NCBI GenBank assembly: GCA_030704615.1
Contig: CM060733.1
Location: 48,360,001 to 48,424,000, forward strand
Direction of reading: 5' to 3'
Length of the DNA: 64,000 bases
Origin: Takakia lepidozioides
Lineage: Eukaryota > Plantae > Bryophyta
The notes under the pieces were generated by a model that saw only the letters and a list, made by a program, of their open reading frames with translations, made no database searches and had not been told where the DNA came from. The position numbers and the translations under genes were made by a program. Each line of letters starts with the position of its first letter. Positions within the stretch are counted from its first letter, which is position 1. Positions 11,560 to 23,701 of this stretch are shown piece by piece.

Positions 11560-11705
11560 GGAAATAGGTGACCCCACTCGAAAATAGGTGACATCCGCGG
11601 AAATAGGCACTGTTTGCATGCTGACGTGGCGTGAGCCTGTGCTGGGCTCACGCTTTCCTGGGCTCACAGGCTCACGCCTCCAGGCTCACGGAATAGCACC
11701 CCCCC
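11560..11705. repeat. Right terminus of the MULE-like element with subterminal motifs (AAATAGG x3; GGCTCAC x4 plus one inverted; hairpin GCGTGAGCC/GGCTCACGC)
   Basis: Read directly. Essentially identical at 59226-59370. The terminus reads GGGGGGTGCTATTCCGTGAGCC on the minus strand. The partner TIR is not in the window. Confidence 0.7.
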
Positions 11706-12447
11706 AGTAGATGTGTCATCCACTGAAAGTCAATGAGAAAAAATTTGCTACCATTTTAATTAAGGATATTTGTTCAAATACATTTTTATCTTCATAGGTA
11801 ATGGCATACTAATCATATTTAGTAAATGGTCTCATCCCAAATATTTGAGATATATTTTATTATATATTTTTTAGATTTTTTTTCTTTATTTAGAAATAAT
11901 AGCTATTTATTATGATCTTGTAGTTTATGAAATTTTTCCATATAACAATAGTCTTCTAGAGACAATAACAATATATATATTCGTAGCAAAGATCTCCACC
12001 CAAATATGAAAATTTCAAAATGCTATGGACAAATCGTCATTTTGGGGGTTTTTTTTGTACAAAAAAGTCCATAGTGTCTTGATGGATGGATGTAATTGTT
12101 CACAAATTTTTATTTGTGTCTATTCAAACATTGTGTATCTAGTTGTAAAGTCCATATATGAATTGGTTTTGCACAAATAGGTTTTTCAGATGGCATTTGG
12201 GACAATAGATGGACTGTGACAGTCCATTGGAATTTCATGCAGAAATGTTCATAGCTTTATGAGATTTCATCCAAATTCCACAATAATTGTACCCACATGT
12301 ACATATGGTAAGTGGCGAACCCATTCTAAGTCCATTTGCTATGAATATGTACTCATATGTATAGGGTGAAGAATAATATGACAAACAGTCAGTCAAAAAC
12401 TACAAATTGCAGTCCAAATTGAGCCACTCTAGTCTGCATCTACCCTG
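11706..12447. mobile_element. AT-rich non-autonomous element, possibly hAT-like
   Basis: Ends CATCTACCCTG (CAGGGTAGATG on minus) and starts AGTAGATG. Repeated AGTCCA/TGGAC motifs. Homology with the inverted KNOX duplicate starts exactly after 12447. Confidence 0.35.
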
Positions 12448-15400
12448 TAGTTTGGAACCCCAAAAGAATGACGCCTAGGTAGGATTGCAAACCACTTGAT
12501 TTCATCCCATTTGTCATTCTTTTACATTAGGTGCTTATTCCAAGAAGTTAACGTTGTCTTTCTTCAGGTCACACACTAGAAGAGCCAGACATTAGCAAGA
12601 TGGCAATGTTCCACACCGAGTTGAACGTCGATCTTTCCTTGACCAGGCCCGATCCCATGGCTGATCAGAACTACCATGACATGGAACTGCGAAATTATGA
12701 TTCTCCAGAAAATTTTGAAATTGTATGCATGAATGTGCAAAATCCGCATACTACCAATAGTTCGACTAAAAGCAAGGAGCAGCTGAGAGATGAGGGTTAC
12801 GGACATATGCTTGCAAGCGAGCAAGAACCCAGCATTAACGAATTAATGCCTCAGCAAAGTCAATTGTGTTATGATACTCAAGGTGGTGCACTTGCCATCG
12901 AGAAGTGGTGTCCCATTTGTGGAGAAAGTGATTCAAAATGTATTTGCTGGATGCCTATGCATGCCGGTGAATCTAGCACTTCATCGTACTTGAATGATCA
13001 GACCGATGCAGGTAGGTTGTCATCACCTTGTGACATATTACACCCTCCGTGGAATCGAGGTGAGTTTGGCAAAAATTCAACAGCTGCTTCCCCTTTCAAC
13101 TTGTCTCGCAATGCTACACCTAATCATCTCTCTCAGGATGGAGAAGGTAGAGGGCAACAATTTAAGGACTTTGATGAGAGAGTCCAGTATGATCCTATTA
13201 ATCAGCAAAGAGTTGACCAGGTAAATGACTCTAATCCACTAGACTAATGAATGATTGTCTTTAGATCTACAATTCTCAACTGAACATCTCATCATTCAAG
13301 TCTAATTCCATGTCTCACCGCTAGGTCTCACCACTTGAGTCTTATTTAATGGCTAATGAGATGGATCTGACCAAGTACAACTACACAAAAGATTTTATTT
13401 TTTATTTTTTTGGTTGCGGAACTAGAGGAGTTAGACTAAAAATGGTATTTGATTTTGAGATGATGATTCTAGATAGTCTTTTTAAAGTGCATTAAGAAAG
13501 AATATATGTACTATGGCGCACATTGTCCGATTTAATTATGGAATTATATCCTTATGCACAACAACGTTGCTTGTTCTGAAATGGATGCCAATTAACTTGT
13601 GTGTTCAGATATTCATAACATGCACCTTTGGGTGATTGTGTAGACTTACTGGGACACTGTACAAAAGCAAAAAGCAGAATGGGAAACCGCAAAACAGAAA
13701 GCGATGATTGTGGCACATCCTTCATATCCAGAACTATTGGCGGCCCACGTTGCTTGCCTTCGTGTTGGTACACCTGTCGCTCAAATCCAAAATCTTGATG
13801 AGCAGTTAATGCAGGCTCCGATCGTAAGCCAAAAATATTCAGTTTTGGACCTTGATCAACTTGAGATCAGCCCAGATGAGAAGGCGGAGCTTGATCTGTT
13901 CATGGTGAGAGACCCCTGAATACAAGAAGATTGAATTAATCGTTATAGTACTATTGGTACATATATTAGAGTAACCAAGTCTCTTCTTATTTGTATTGCC
14001 CATGAAAAAAAGACCAAACCTATCTATTCCAAAGATGTGCAAAGATTAATTTGACTTAGCTCCTATTTAGTCTAGACTCACTATTATTAGTTTGAACAAA
14101 ATTGTCTAGGCACTTCATTTCAGATCCTTGTCTTTCAAGCATACGTTTTTGTCTTTAGATCCCACAAGGTTGATTTCTAAAGAACTGGCTTTTTTGGACA
14201 TTGTATAACTAGGTCCAATACATTACGCTCCTTGTTGCCTTCAAGGAGCAGCTAGAGCAACATGTTTACAGCGATGTGACTGAAGCTATGGCATCCTGCT
14301 GGGATGTGGAGCAGGAACTTTACAAACTGACAGGTAACGTAAGGGTTTCTACATATCATTTATAATTATATATATATTGCCCAAATGAGAGTTCTAGAAT
14401 ACTTGGAAAACTTGGATGCTAGACCTTGGTGTGCTCAAGTATGTGTTAGTATTGCTAGAGGTAGTGGCATATAAAAACAGTGCGCCCCAACACACAAAAC
14501 TCTCCAGCATAGTGGAGGTGTCTTTTCTCAAAAATGCGCTAATTTTCCATGCACACTTAACCTAGCAAGTATAGATCCATAGGGTACTAGTTCTAGTTAA
14601 ACCTCCCGGAGCCATTGTCTGGTCTGAGTACAACCATCAGGGGTTATACATGTAGGACCATTCTCAAAAGACACCTTTTAGAGGCAATTGATGCATGCTG
14701 GCCTATCCATACTAACCTCATACAAGGAATCATGGAGGGCAATTGATAGATGTAGATGTCATATTGGTCAGATTAATTGCTAATGACTTGAGCTCCCATT
14801 TTGTTGTACCTATGTAGGATATTAGATCCAACTGCGGAGTTGAATTTAAAGGGCCTATATAAGTTAGTAAAAAAGTGCTACCTGGGAAGTGCACTATGAC
14901 ATGAAACATAGGGAGTGGTAGATCAAGTTATCTGTGCAATATTATTGGTTAATGATACTTAGCTACGCTTATTGCAACTGCTCACATTTACTTTCCATTT
15001 GAAACAATGAGTTCAGGAACATCCCCAGTTTATGGCATAAAAACAGCTACGATGTCTGATGATGATGATGAAGAGGAATATGAAGGTGAAGGTAGTGCAT
15101 ATGACCCAAACTTGGACCCCCACCTAAACTTGGAATCCCCTGAATATGATGGGAGTTTGGGGCCAATTGTACCTACCGAGGAAGAGCGACGTACACTCCG
15201 CGAGTGCATACGAAATGAGCTAAAATCGGAGCTCAAGCAGGCAAACATCATCTACCTTTAGTGATGATGTGCTCTTCCATATTTGTCTGAATCTTGCTAG
15301 AGCTTTAGGCCTGCATGTTTTTAAACACTTGATGAAATTTGTAACTACATCTAGATCAGATGCATACATAAAGGAGGATATTTCACTCCGAACGGAAATA

Positions 15401-15717
15401 CTTATATACATTTCTTCCACAAAAGATGTGCCACTCGAGGTGATTGTAATATATATTTAAGATGTCTCAGGGATACCGGAGAATAATTGGGGATGTTCGA
15501 GAGGAGATACTACGCAAGCGTCGGGTTGGGAAATTGCCCCAAGGCACCACCGTAGTACTGAAGGCCTGGTGGTATGAGCACTGAGAATGGCCTTATCCAA
15601 CGGTACACGCACGTATCCAACAGCTAATGTTACATATCTTGTAATTTTGTATTGCATTTATACTGTATGTTATCATCCTAGGTAGGTAGAACATCAAAAC
15701 GCTCTCAAGAAGTAGAC

Positions 15718-16442
15718 TGTTGCGCACCTCACTTCGGTAAGCTCCCCTTCAAGTCATAGTTACTCGCTTCAATGCGCGCACCTAACTCCCAACCTGGCCG
15801 CCGGCCAACTCGGAGCTTCGGCTGCTCACCAGGACATAACGGTCCCCATTTACTCTTCCCAGAAACCCTCCACCAATTTGGGACTAGTGGAAATTCCCTT
15901 TGGTGGATGGCAATCCGGAATAGCTCCCCACTCCTTGATCGCTTTCCGGCTCGCTCGCTTACTCACTAGTTTTTGGACACCAACGGGCTTGCACCGTTCT
16001 CGGGGTTACTACTCCCTATATATACTTCTATGACTGTCCGCGGGGGTTTCACAAACAACCATGCCATTTTATGGCGAACCACCACGAAAACCCTCGACTC
16101 CCGGTGATGAGTCGCGGTGAGTCTTGGCCCACCCACCACGGTCCCATTGGACCGTGATGAGTCCCAAGACTCCCCACAACTCCCACCACCAGGTCTCCGC
16201 CCCCATGGTGAGTCATATGCCACCCCCACTAAGTCCCACTAAGCTACCACCACCCCTCGTGGAACCACCCCCACCGCAACCCGGTGTGCGGGGCTCCACC
16301 TAGTGAGCGCCTCCGCCTCCTTGAGTGCCTTGGGCACTCAAGGGTGCTTCAGCCCCCGCATCTATTGTCGCCACTGCCCCTGCCACAGTGGCAGCCCCTC
16401 TTGTATCCTGACCCCCTGCCCTCAAGGCAAAGGGCCGTGACA
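15718..16442 (-). repeat. 3' LTR of the chromovirus
   Basis: TG...CA ends; matches 22981-23701 with scattered substitutions and small indels. Confidence 0.93.
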
Positions 16443-19400
16443 CACACCCCTATCAACAGGGAGTCGATGTCCTCATCGACTTGTCTATTTTGTAGAAACG
16501 AACATCCAAGTTGTGGCGTCCCACATCAAGGAGTTTGTTTCTGCACCATGGCGTCCCATTGCTAAGAACCAAACCCCCACTTGACTCTACTCTCCACTAG
16601 CTAGTTCGGCCGACTTCCTCTAAGTCCCGGCCAAGGGTGGAGCCTCTCAAGCTCCTCCCAGTGCACTCTTCTTGACCCACTTCAGGGCCAAGGAACGATC
16701 CTCCCCGAGGATCAAATCGCCTTACTGCAACAACATTTGCTTGCGACCGCTCGTGATGTCGCTTTTGGCATCACCTTGAGCAAGGGTTCGCCTTGAACTT
16801 TTTTTGACTAGGAAGATAGCCTTGAACCAACCGTGCGCCCCAATCACTACAATTGGGTCCGCCTTGGAATGCTGGCCTGAGATATAGGAACATGCCGAAG
16901 CCGCACTACGACTTCGTCCCAAGGCTACACGATTATAGTACGTGAACGGAAGCACGTAGCTTCCGCGTTAGCCCACACTACAAGGTAACCCCCTCGGTAG
17001 CGCAGTTATAGTACGCGCACGTGCCAGGTGCGCACTAGCAAGTTTCCTTGCCCCTTGGGTGGGAGTCACCCGATTTCGGCACTACACAAACACACGATTA
17101 ATCCAATTTACCTCTCCCACTTTGTAAGCTTAGCATGCATTCTACACACTAGCCAACCATACCATACATCACCATTCCAAACAAAATAGGATGCACAACA
17201 TTTGGAAACCATTTCATTTATAACAAAATTTGTACAATACAAGTTTTTGCAATCGGATTCCTGAGCTAGCTAAGCCGGGCTAAGCATGCATTTCCTCCCT
17301 CACGATCCAAGGTTGATGTCCTCATCAACGCTTCTTCCGCTTTGGAGGTCGTCCTTCGAAAGCTGCAACCGCCTCAGATGCGTTTCCCATTTCTGAGGTA
17401 CGCACCCAAGATGCCTCCACATGATGATAGCCCTTCCATTTCACAAGATACTCCGTTTCTCGATTCTTGAACGTCCTCGACTTAAGCACTGCCTCCACCT
17501 CGTACTCAGGTTCATTTTTATGATCCAACAGCACAGGTGGCAGAAGCCACACTTGATGCCGATCGGAAGCTCTTCATTTTGAAGTAAGGCTTCAAAAGGG
17601 AGACGTGGAAATACAAGGGATGCACATTGCTGTTTGCCGACAGCTCCAATTCATACACATCCTCATTCATAACCTTCCGGATGCGAAAGGGTCCCGCATA
17701 CGGAGATACGAACTTCGGACTCACTTTCGAAGGTAGTCGAAAATTCTTGATGTTCAACCAGACCTCCGTGCCTGCCTCAAACTTAACCTCCATCCGCTTC
17801 CGATTCGCTTGTCGTTCATACCGTTTCCTAGCTTTGGCAAGGTTGTACTTTGCGAGCTTTAACAAACGCTCGCGTTCTTCCAGCACTGCCGCTGCTGCTG
17901 AGGTTCCTCAATGTCCTGGGCGGCCCAAATGTGTCCAGGCCACCACATGTGCTTTTCCATAGAACAATACGAAGGGGGGAAACTCCCGTTTCTGCGGAGT
18001 GTTTGTGTTATTATAATAGAACTCGCCGCATCCAAGTGCTCACCCAGTCCGATTGGGTCTGCCGACACGTAAATTCCGCAAGATCTGCTTCACCACGGAA
18101 TTCACCCTTTCCGTTTGGCCGTCCGTCGTTAGGTCGGAAGGCGGGCTCATTTTGAGTCTCGTCCCCATTTTATTCCAAAAGAGACCTCCCAAAAGGTACT
18201 AGTAACTTTGGATCGCGGTCCGAGACAATATACTTCGGGAGTCCATGATACTGGAAGACGTGGCGAAGTAAAGTAAAGTCATCCCGTTCCTACGGCCGTT
18301 GCTCGTCTCCTTGGGGGGTGAGATGGCCCATTTTACTGAACCATCCACCACCACATGATTGCATCGAATCCTTTTTGACAGCGGCATAGCAGGTCATGAA
18401 GTCCATAGAGACACTTTTCCAAGACCCCTCGGCTCCGCTCGTGGCCCGCAAGCGGGCCATCTGGCATTCTCTCAAGAAACTATCTCTGATCCCTCCCTTC
18501 GGCATGTAAAGACGCTGTGCTTGTACCGGAGTAGTAGACATTTGGCAAGTGCGAACTGCGATTTAACCCCCACCTTCAAGTCCCGCATCACGGACTCGCC
18601 ATCTCATCCTCCGTAAGGCCTTCCGGATCTTCTCTGGAGCGCCGTCTCGCCTTGTACACTAACATGAGCTGCTGCTTTCTACTTCGGCAACCACATTGTC
18701 CCGTCATTTGGGTGGCTTGATTTGTACTGGATTCCACGTCGAACACCGCAAAAAGTGTGCTTGCCACCTAAGTTGTTTTGGGAAATTAGGTTGCGTGACA
18801 AAAATACTTCACCGTGACGTGACATTGTTCGTGAACATTCACCAGGTTGGAACCAACATAGTGGCGCCAAAGCTCAAGGCAATGCACCACCGCCTTCATC
18901 TCTTTCTCGTACGTTGGCCACCGTCGCTCCACTTCATTCAGTTTCTTACTTTCGTAAGCCAGTGGACGTCCATCCTGCATGAGTACACCTCCAATCGCGA
19001 AGTCCGACGCATCCGTATGAATCTCAAATGGGCGATTGAACTCCAGGATTTTCATCCGCTGCTTCCACTCGCCAAAAGCTTGGCCACAAAAGGTGTTCCA
19101 TATCCATACCTTGGATTTAAACAGAAAGTCTGACAACAGCCCCGCGATCTTGGCGAAATTTCTCACATACTTTCGGTACTAGGAGACGAGTCCTAAAAAG
19201 GATCGCACTCCCGGGACCGAAGTCAGAGGCTCCCAGTCCAAGAATCGCCCTCACCATTCTGTCATCCATTTTTATCCCATCCTGTGTAATCACATGCCCC
19301 ATGAACTCCACTTTTGTGACCCTGAAATTCGCACTTTGAAGCTTTGGCATACAGCTTCTCTTCCCGTAATTTCTGGAACACCCTTTGAGGGCTCCAGGTG

Positions 19401-21002
19401 CTCTTTCTTTGTTTTCGAGTACACCAAGATGTCGTCGATGTACACGATCACAAAGTCGTCAAACCACTCCTTGAAGAGGCTGTTCATTAGTGTGCTAAAG
19501 GTTGCGGGTGCGTTGGTGAGCCCAAAAGGCATTACCAAGAACTCATATGAACCATACCTTGTCATGCACACGATCTTCTCTTCATCTCCTTCCACCACTC
19601 GAATTTGATAATAACGGAGCGCAAAATCGTTCCGGCTGAAATACTTCGCCTCCTGCCAACCTGATCGAGAGTTGTCGATCTTGGCAAAGGGTTATCGGTT
19701 TTGTAGTCACCTTATTCAGAGCCCTGTTGTAATCGACACACATCCGCAGCGTCCCATCCTTCTTGTCTGCAAATAGCACCGGGGCTACGTAAGGTGACTT
19801 ACTCGGCCGGATATAACCATTTGACATTAGATCCTTGAGCTGAGTCTTCAGCTCGACCAACTCTCTGTGGCTCAACCGGTAGGGCGCGTTGGCAGGCGAC
19901 TCTGATCCCGGTATCACCTCAATCTTGTGATCAACTCCTCTCTGCGGTGGCAAGCCGCTTGATAAATCCTCCGGCATCACATCCTGATATTTCTCCAAAA
20001 TCCCCTTGATCCAATCTGGGCTCGGCTCCCCATCACCTTCTCCCTTCAGTTGTCTTACGTAAAGCAAAAATTGGGGCTCGTGTGGCTCCTCCACGGCCCA
20101 CTTCTTTGCTGATAGCAAGTTTATTCGCCCTCCCACTGGGTTGGGCGTTTTCGAAACTCGTAAAACTTCGCCACCATTCCCACACGGTAGCGTGACTATT
20201 CTCTTGCGGCCATCTATGACCGCTCCTGATTTGCTCAAAAAAATCACCCCCAAAATGAGATCCACTCCATCGATCTCGCAAAGGGTGAAATTTTCACGTC
20301 CCTCCCAACTCCCGAGCTGAAGAGGAACATCGAACGCCAACCTCGTCGCCAATTGTGGTTCTCCTTTAGCCGAATGCACCTCAATAGAAGCCCCCACCTC
20401 ACTTGTCGGGAGTCCCAGCTTCCGTGCCGTTGCCGGTGTCATGAAGGAGTACGACGCTCATGTGTCCACCAACAACGACACGTTAGTTCCGGAAATCATC
20501 CCACTCACGAATAATAACTGACTCCCTGTACGCAGGGCACCAGTCTCCTGATACAACTCACAAGAGTAATTGCCTACTTTGCAAGTCTTGGCAACCACTG
20601 CCTCCACCAAGCGGCTAATGGAATCATTGGACAACTCCGTGGTTACCCGAGTCATGTTCAATTGTCGGGGTTTCGCGCACTTTTTTGCCATGTGCCCGGG
20701 TTCCCCGCAATTAAAGCACACTCCATCGAAGGTCGTCTTCTGCCCGCCATAAGCCGTCGCACCTGGTTTTCCTTTCGGGGCACCGGGTGCTGTCTTGACG
20801 TGTGAGGGCCCTCCCTTCGATTTCCATGTGTCATTGTCGCCGCGTGGCCTATCCCACTTCTTTTCCGGGAGGAAGGAGTCACCCTCCCGCCGAGCTTTCT
20901 TGTGGTTCAGCTCCGTACGACCTTGTCTTTCGCCCCTAAGGACATCCGAGGTTGGGACTTAGCGAGTTTTCGGCCCCAAAAAGAGAAATTCGGCGCCATT
21001 TT

Positions 21003-22160
21003 TCCAGAAATGGCCCCAGAACTGCTTCTGTTGGATCTCAGTTTGAATGGAATATTGCCTCATTCCAGGAGTTTTGGGGTGCATTTCATTACACTGCAAA
21101 AAAAAAGTCTGATACAGCAAAATGCATTTGAAAATATCCATATGGAGGATTCCGTTTGCCCCATCAATGATTTCTGGAATCCCTAAGAAGGAGTTTGTGC
21201 AGCTCGTTCACGCTCAACGCCGGTGCATGAATAAAGTCATCAATAGTCACGTTCATCCTCAACCTCTTCAGGTAAATGTAATACAGATGCTTGCACGGAT
21301 AATACTTCGAACCCTTCTTTGCTTCCATCAACGAGAAGTCCGTACAGTTGCAAGTCGGCTCCACTCCAATCGTAATTGTGTATACATCGTCGCGTACAGC
21401 CGAGCCGGCCGTTGCCATCCGATACACACGCCCAAGGCCGGGTGGGGGTACGTCCACGGAGCTCTGAATAGTGCAAGCCATCCCAAGAGCATTGGCAATC
21501 CGAGTCTCATTCAACTTGTTGGGAGGGTGTCGTCTCTTCACTCTTCGAATCGCATTGTGGGATGTGCAGAATTGTCCAATCCGTCTCTACTGGACCGAGC
21601 AGTATGCAATGGCTGGGTCTGAGGAACCGGAAATGCGTGGGCCGGGATGTCTGTGCGTTGCACCATTCGAAATCCTGCTGCAGATAGAGCATCCGCCTCA
21701 TTCTGAGAGAGGCTGCAACCGGTGCAACAGGCCAGACGCCCGGAGGCTCCGGCATTCCCTGAATCCCGTACTTGGGCTTGCCAATACACAGGTCATTATG
21801 TCGTGCCTACAGAACCAAAATGTCTGCGTTGTGGCGTGAGCAAATGTGGGAGTCAAAAATCTGCCGCTGAAACAAGGTGCAGGTACAGCACCGTGTGGGT
21901 TCCTCCGAATCATCTCACCACAGCGTGCTCTCGTATCCACCCGGATGGCGCAACACTTCCCTCGAAATGCCGGCAATGTCCTCGCAATTCTCCACTGTGA
22001 CTCCGACACTCTTGTCTCCACAATGGGAATGTTGTATTGCTTTACTACAGATGGCTCGTTATGTTGCCGGGGCACGCGCCCTGTGCTCAAAGGAGATGGC
22101 GATCTTGAACGTGCAGGACTTCCGGTGCTCGACGAGACCTCCTCGGACAACATCAACGGA
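21003..22160 (-). pseudogene. Captured 3' fragment of a MULE-type SWIM-domain gene inside gag
   Basis: PIVETRVSESQWRIART..CCAIR..PAPCFSG..FWFC..PPGVWPV..GLGRVY..YTITIGVEPTCNCTDF..YYPCKHLYYIY parallels the transposase C-terminus at 40662-41352 and keeps a complete SWIM CxC..CxH. Boundaries are approximate. Confidence 0.75.
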
Positions 22161-22966
22161 CCACGAGGGAGCGTGCGAATATTCTTGTCAGCTCGCCATG
22201 AATCCTCTTCTCCGCCAGCCCCGCCACAAAGTTGAAGACCATTTCTGGTTCTGCCACGTCCGCGACTTCGAGCAACAGCACATTGAAAGCCTGAACATAT
22301 CCCCGAATGTCATCCGTTTGCTTCAAATTCCTCATCTTGTCCTGGGCGAGCCAAGACGCGTTGAAGGGCACAAACTGTCTCTTCATATGTTCCTTGAACC
22401 CCCTCCAGTTCAAGGTTTCCGGATTTGGACCTCGGTCGTGAAGGCGTTTCTGCCACCATTGTTGAGCATAGCCCCTCAAATAGGTGGGAGCCACTTCCAC
22501 CCAATCCTCGTCACTCAACTTGGCCGCCCAGAAGTACTGCTCTAGCTCCAAGAGCCAGGTGTTAGTGCCTTTCGATTTCGGATGCCCTCGAAGGTGCCGG
22601 GTTCCTTAGGCTTCACCTTAAATTTTGCCTTAGTGGAAGTGGCATTAGCCGCCTTCAACACGTCTTTCAACGTCCCACCAAACTGCGCCAACAACCCTTC
22701 CCAAAAAGCTGCTGGCATGGGAGACATCTGTTGGTCTGTCGGAGCTCTCAGGGATTCCTCGGGCTCCGACTCCTCAGATTCCTCCCGTTCTTGAGTGGCC
22801 TCGTTTTCAAAAGCATGCATCGCTTCCTCAAATGGCCGCTTTGGTGACATGTCCGCCCCATCGGGCTCACCAAGATCATCACCTTTCGGGCCGTTCCGCT
22901 TTCGCTTTGGCTTGCTCGACCCCATGATGAGGCCGATCCCAAGGACGATTGCGTACTGAACTCTAA

Positions 22967-22978
22967 GCTCTGATACCA
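22967..22978 (-). promoter_or_regulatory. Primer-binding site (tRNA-iMet) TGGTATCAGAGC
   Basis: Plus strand GCTCTGATACCA, 2 bp from the 5' LTR. Confidence 0.92.
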
Positions 22979-22980
22979 AG

Positions 22981-23701
22981 TATCATGCACCTCACTTCGG
23001 TAAGCTTCCCTTTAAGTCATAGTTACTCGCTTCAATGCTCGCGCCTAACTCCCAACCTGGCCGCCAGGCCAACTCGGAGCTTCGGCTACTTACCGGGACA
23101 TAACGGTCCCCCTTTACTCTTCCCAGAAACCCTCCACCAATTTGGGACTAGTGGAAATTCCCTTTGGTGGATGGCAGTCCGGAATAGCTCCCCACTCCTT
23201 GGTCGCTTTCCGGCTCGCTCGCTTACTTACTAGTTTTTGGACACCAACGGGCTTGCACCGTTCTCGGGGTTACTACTCCCTATATATACTTCTATGACTG
23301 TCCGCGAGGGTTTCACAAACAACCATGCCATTTTATGGCAAACCACCACAAAAACCCTCGTCCCGGTGAGTCTTGGCCCACCCACCACGGTTCCATTGGA
23401 CCGTGATGAGTCCCAAGACTCCCCACGACTCCCACCACCAGGTCTCCGCCCCCATGGTGAGTCTTATGCCACCCCCACTAAGTCCCACTAAGTCCCACTA
23501 AGCTACCGCCACCCCTCGTGGAACCACCCCCACAGCAACCCGGTGTGCGGGGCTCCACCTAGTGAGCGCCTCCGCCTCCTTGAGTGCCCAAGGCACTCAA
23601 GGGTGCTTCAGCCCCCGCATCTATTGTCGCCACTGCCCCCACCACAGGGGCAGCCCCTCTTGTGTCCAGACCCCCTGCCCTCAAGACAAAGGGCCGCGAC
23701 A
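22981..23701 (-). repeat. 5' LTR of the chromovirus
   Basis: Direct repeat of 15718-16442; flanked by the PBS and the TSD. Confidence 0.93.

Larger units (their letters stand above)
1..11705. mobile_element. Mutator-like (MULE) DNA transposon, copy 1 (left end outside window), carrying transposase, ParB-MTase cargo gene and hairpin array
   Basis: Near-identical direct copy of ~41172-59370. Identity stops exactly after ...GGAATAGCACCCCCC(C) (11705 vs 59370), where the flanks diverge (AGTAG vs ACAAG). Encodes a MULE-type DDE transposase. Confidence 0.85.
17325..22979 (-). pseudogene. gag-pol of the chromovirus (many frameshifts; interrupted by a captured SWIM fragment)
   Basis: Gag (KPKEPGTFEG, YLRGYAQQWW), zinc knuckle CFNCGEPGHMAKKC, protease LLVDT, RT (RYGSYEFLVMPFGLTNAPATF, YIDDILVYS), RNase H (HTDASDFAIGGVL), integrase GPF motif, chromodomain YEVEAVL..EYLVKWKGY..SW. 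Confidence 0.92.
15718..23701 (-). mobile_element. Full-length Ty3/Gypsy chromovirus LTR retrotransposon (Galadriel-like), degenerate
   Basis: LTRs 15718-16442 and 22981-23701. 5-bp TSD TAGAC (15713-15717 and 23702-23706), with the empty site AAGTAGACACTATC present in the inverted paralogue (~35636-35649). tRNA-iMet PBS. PPT-like GATAGGGGTGTG. Order gag-PR-RT-RH-IN-chromodomain. Confidence 0.95.
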
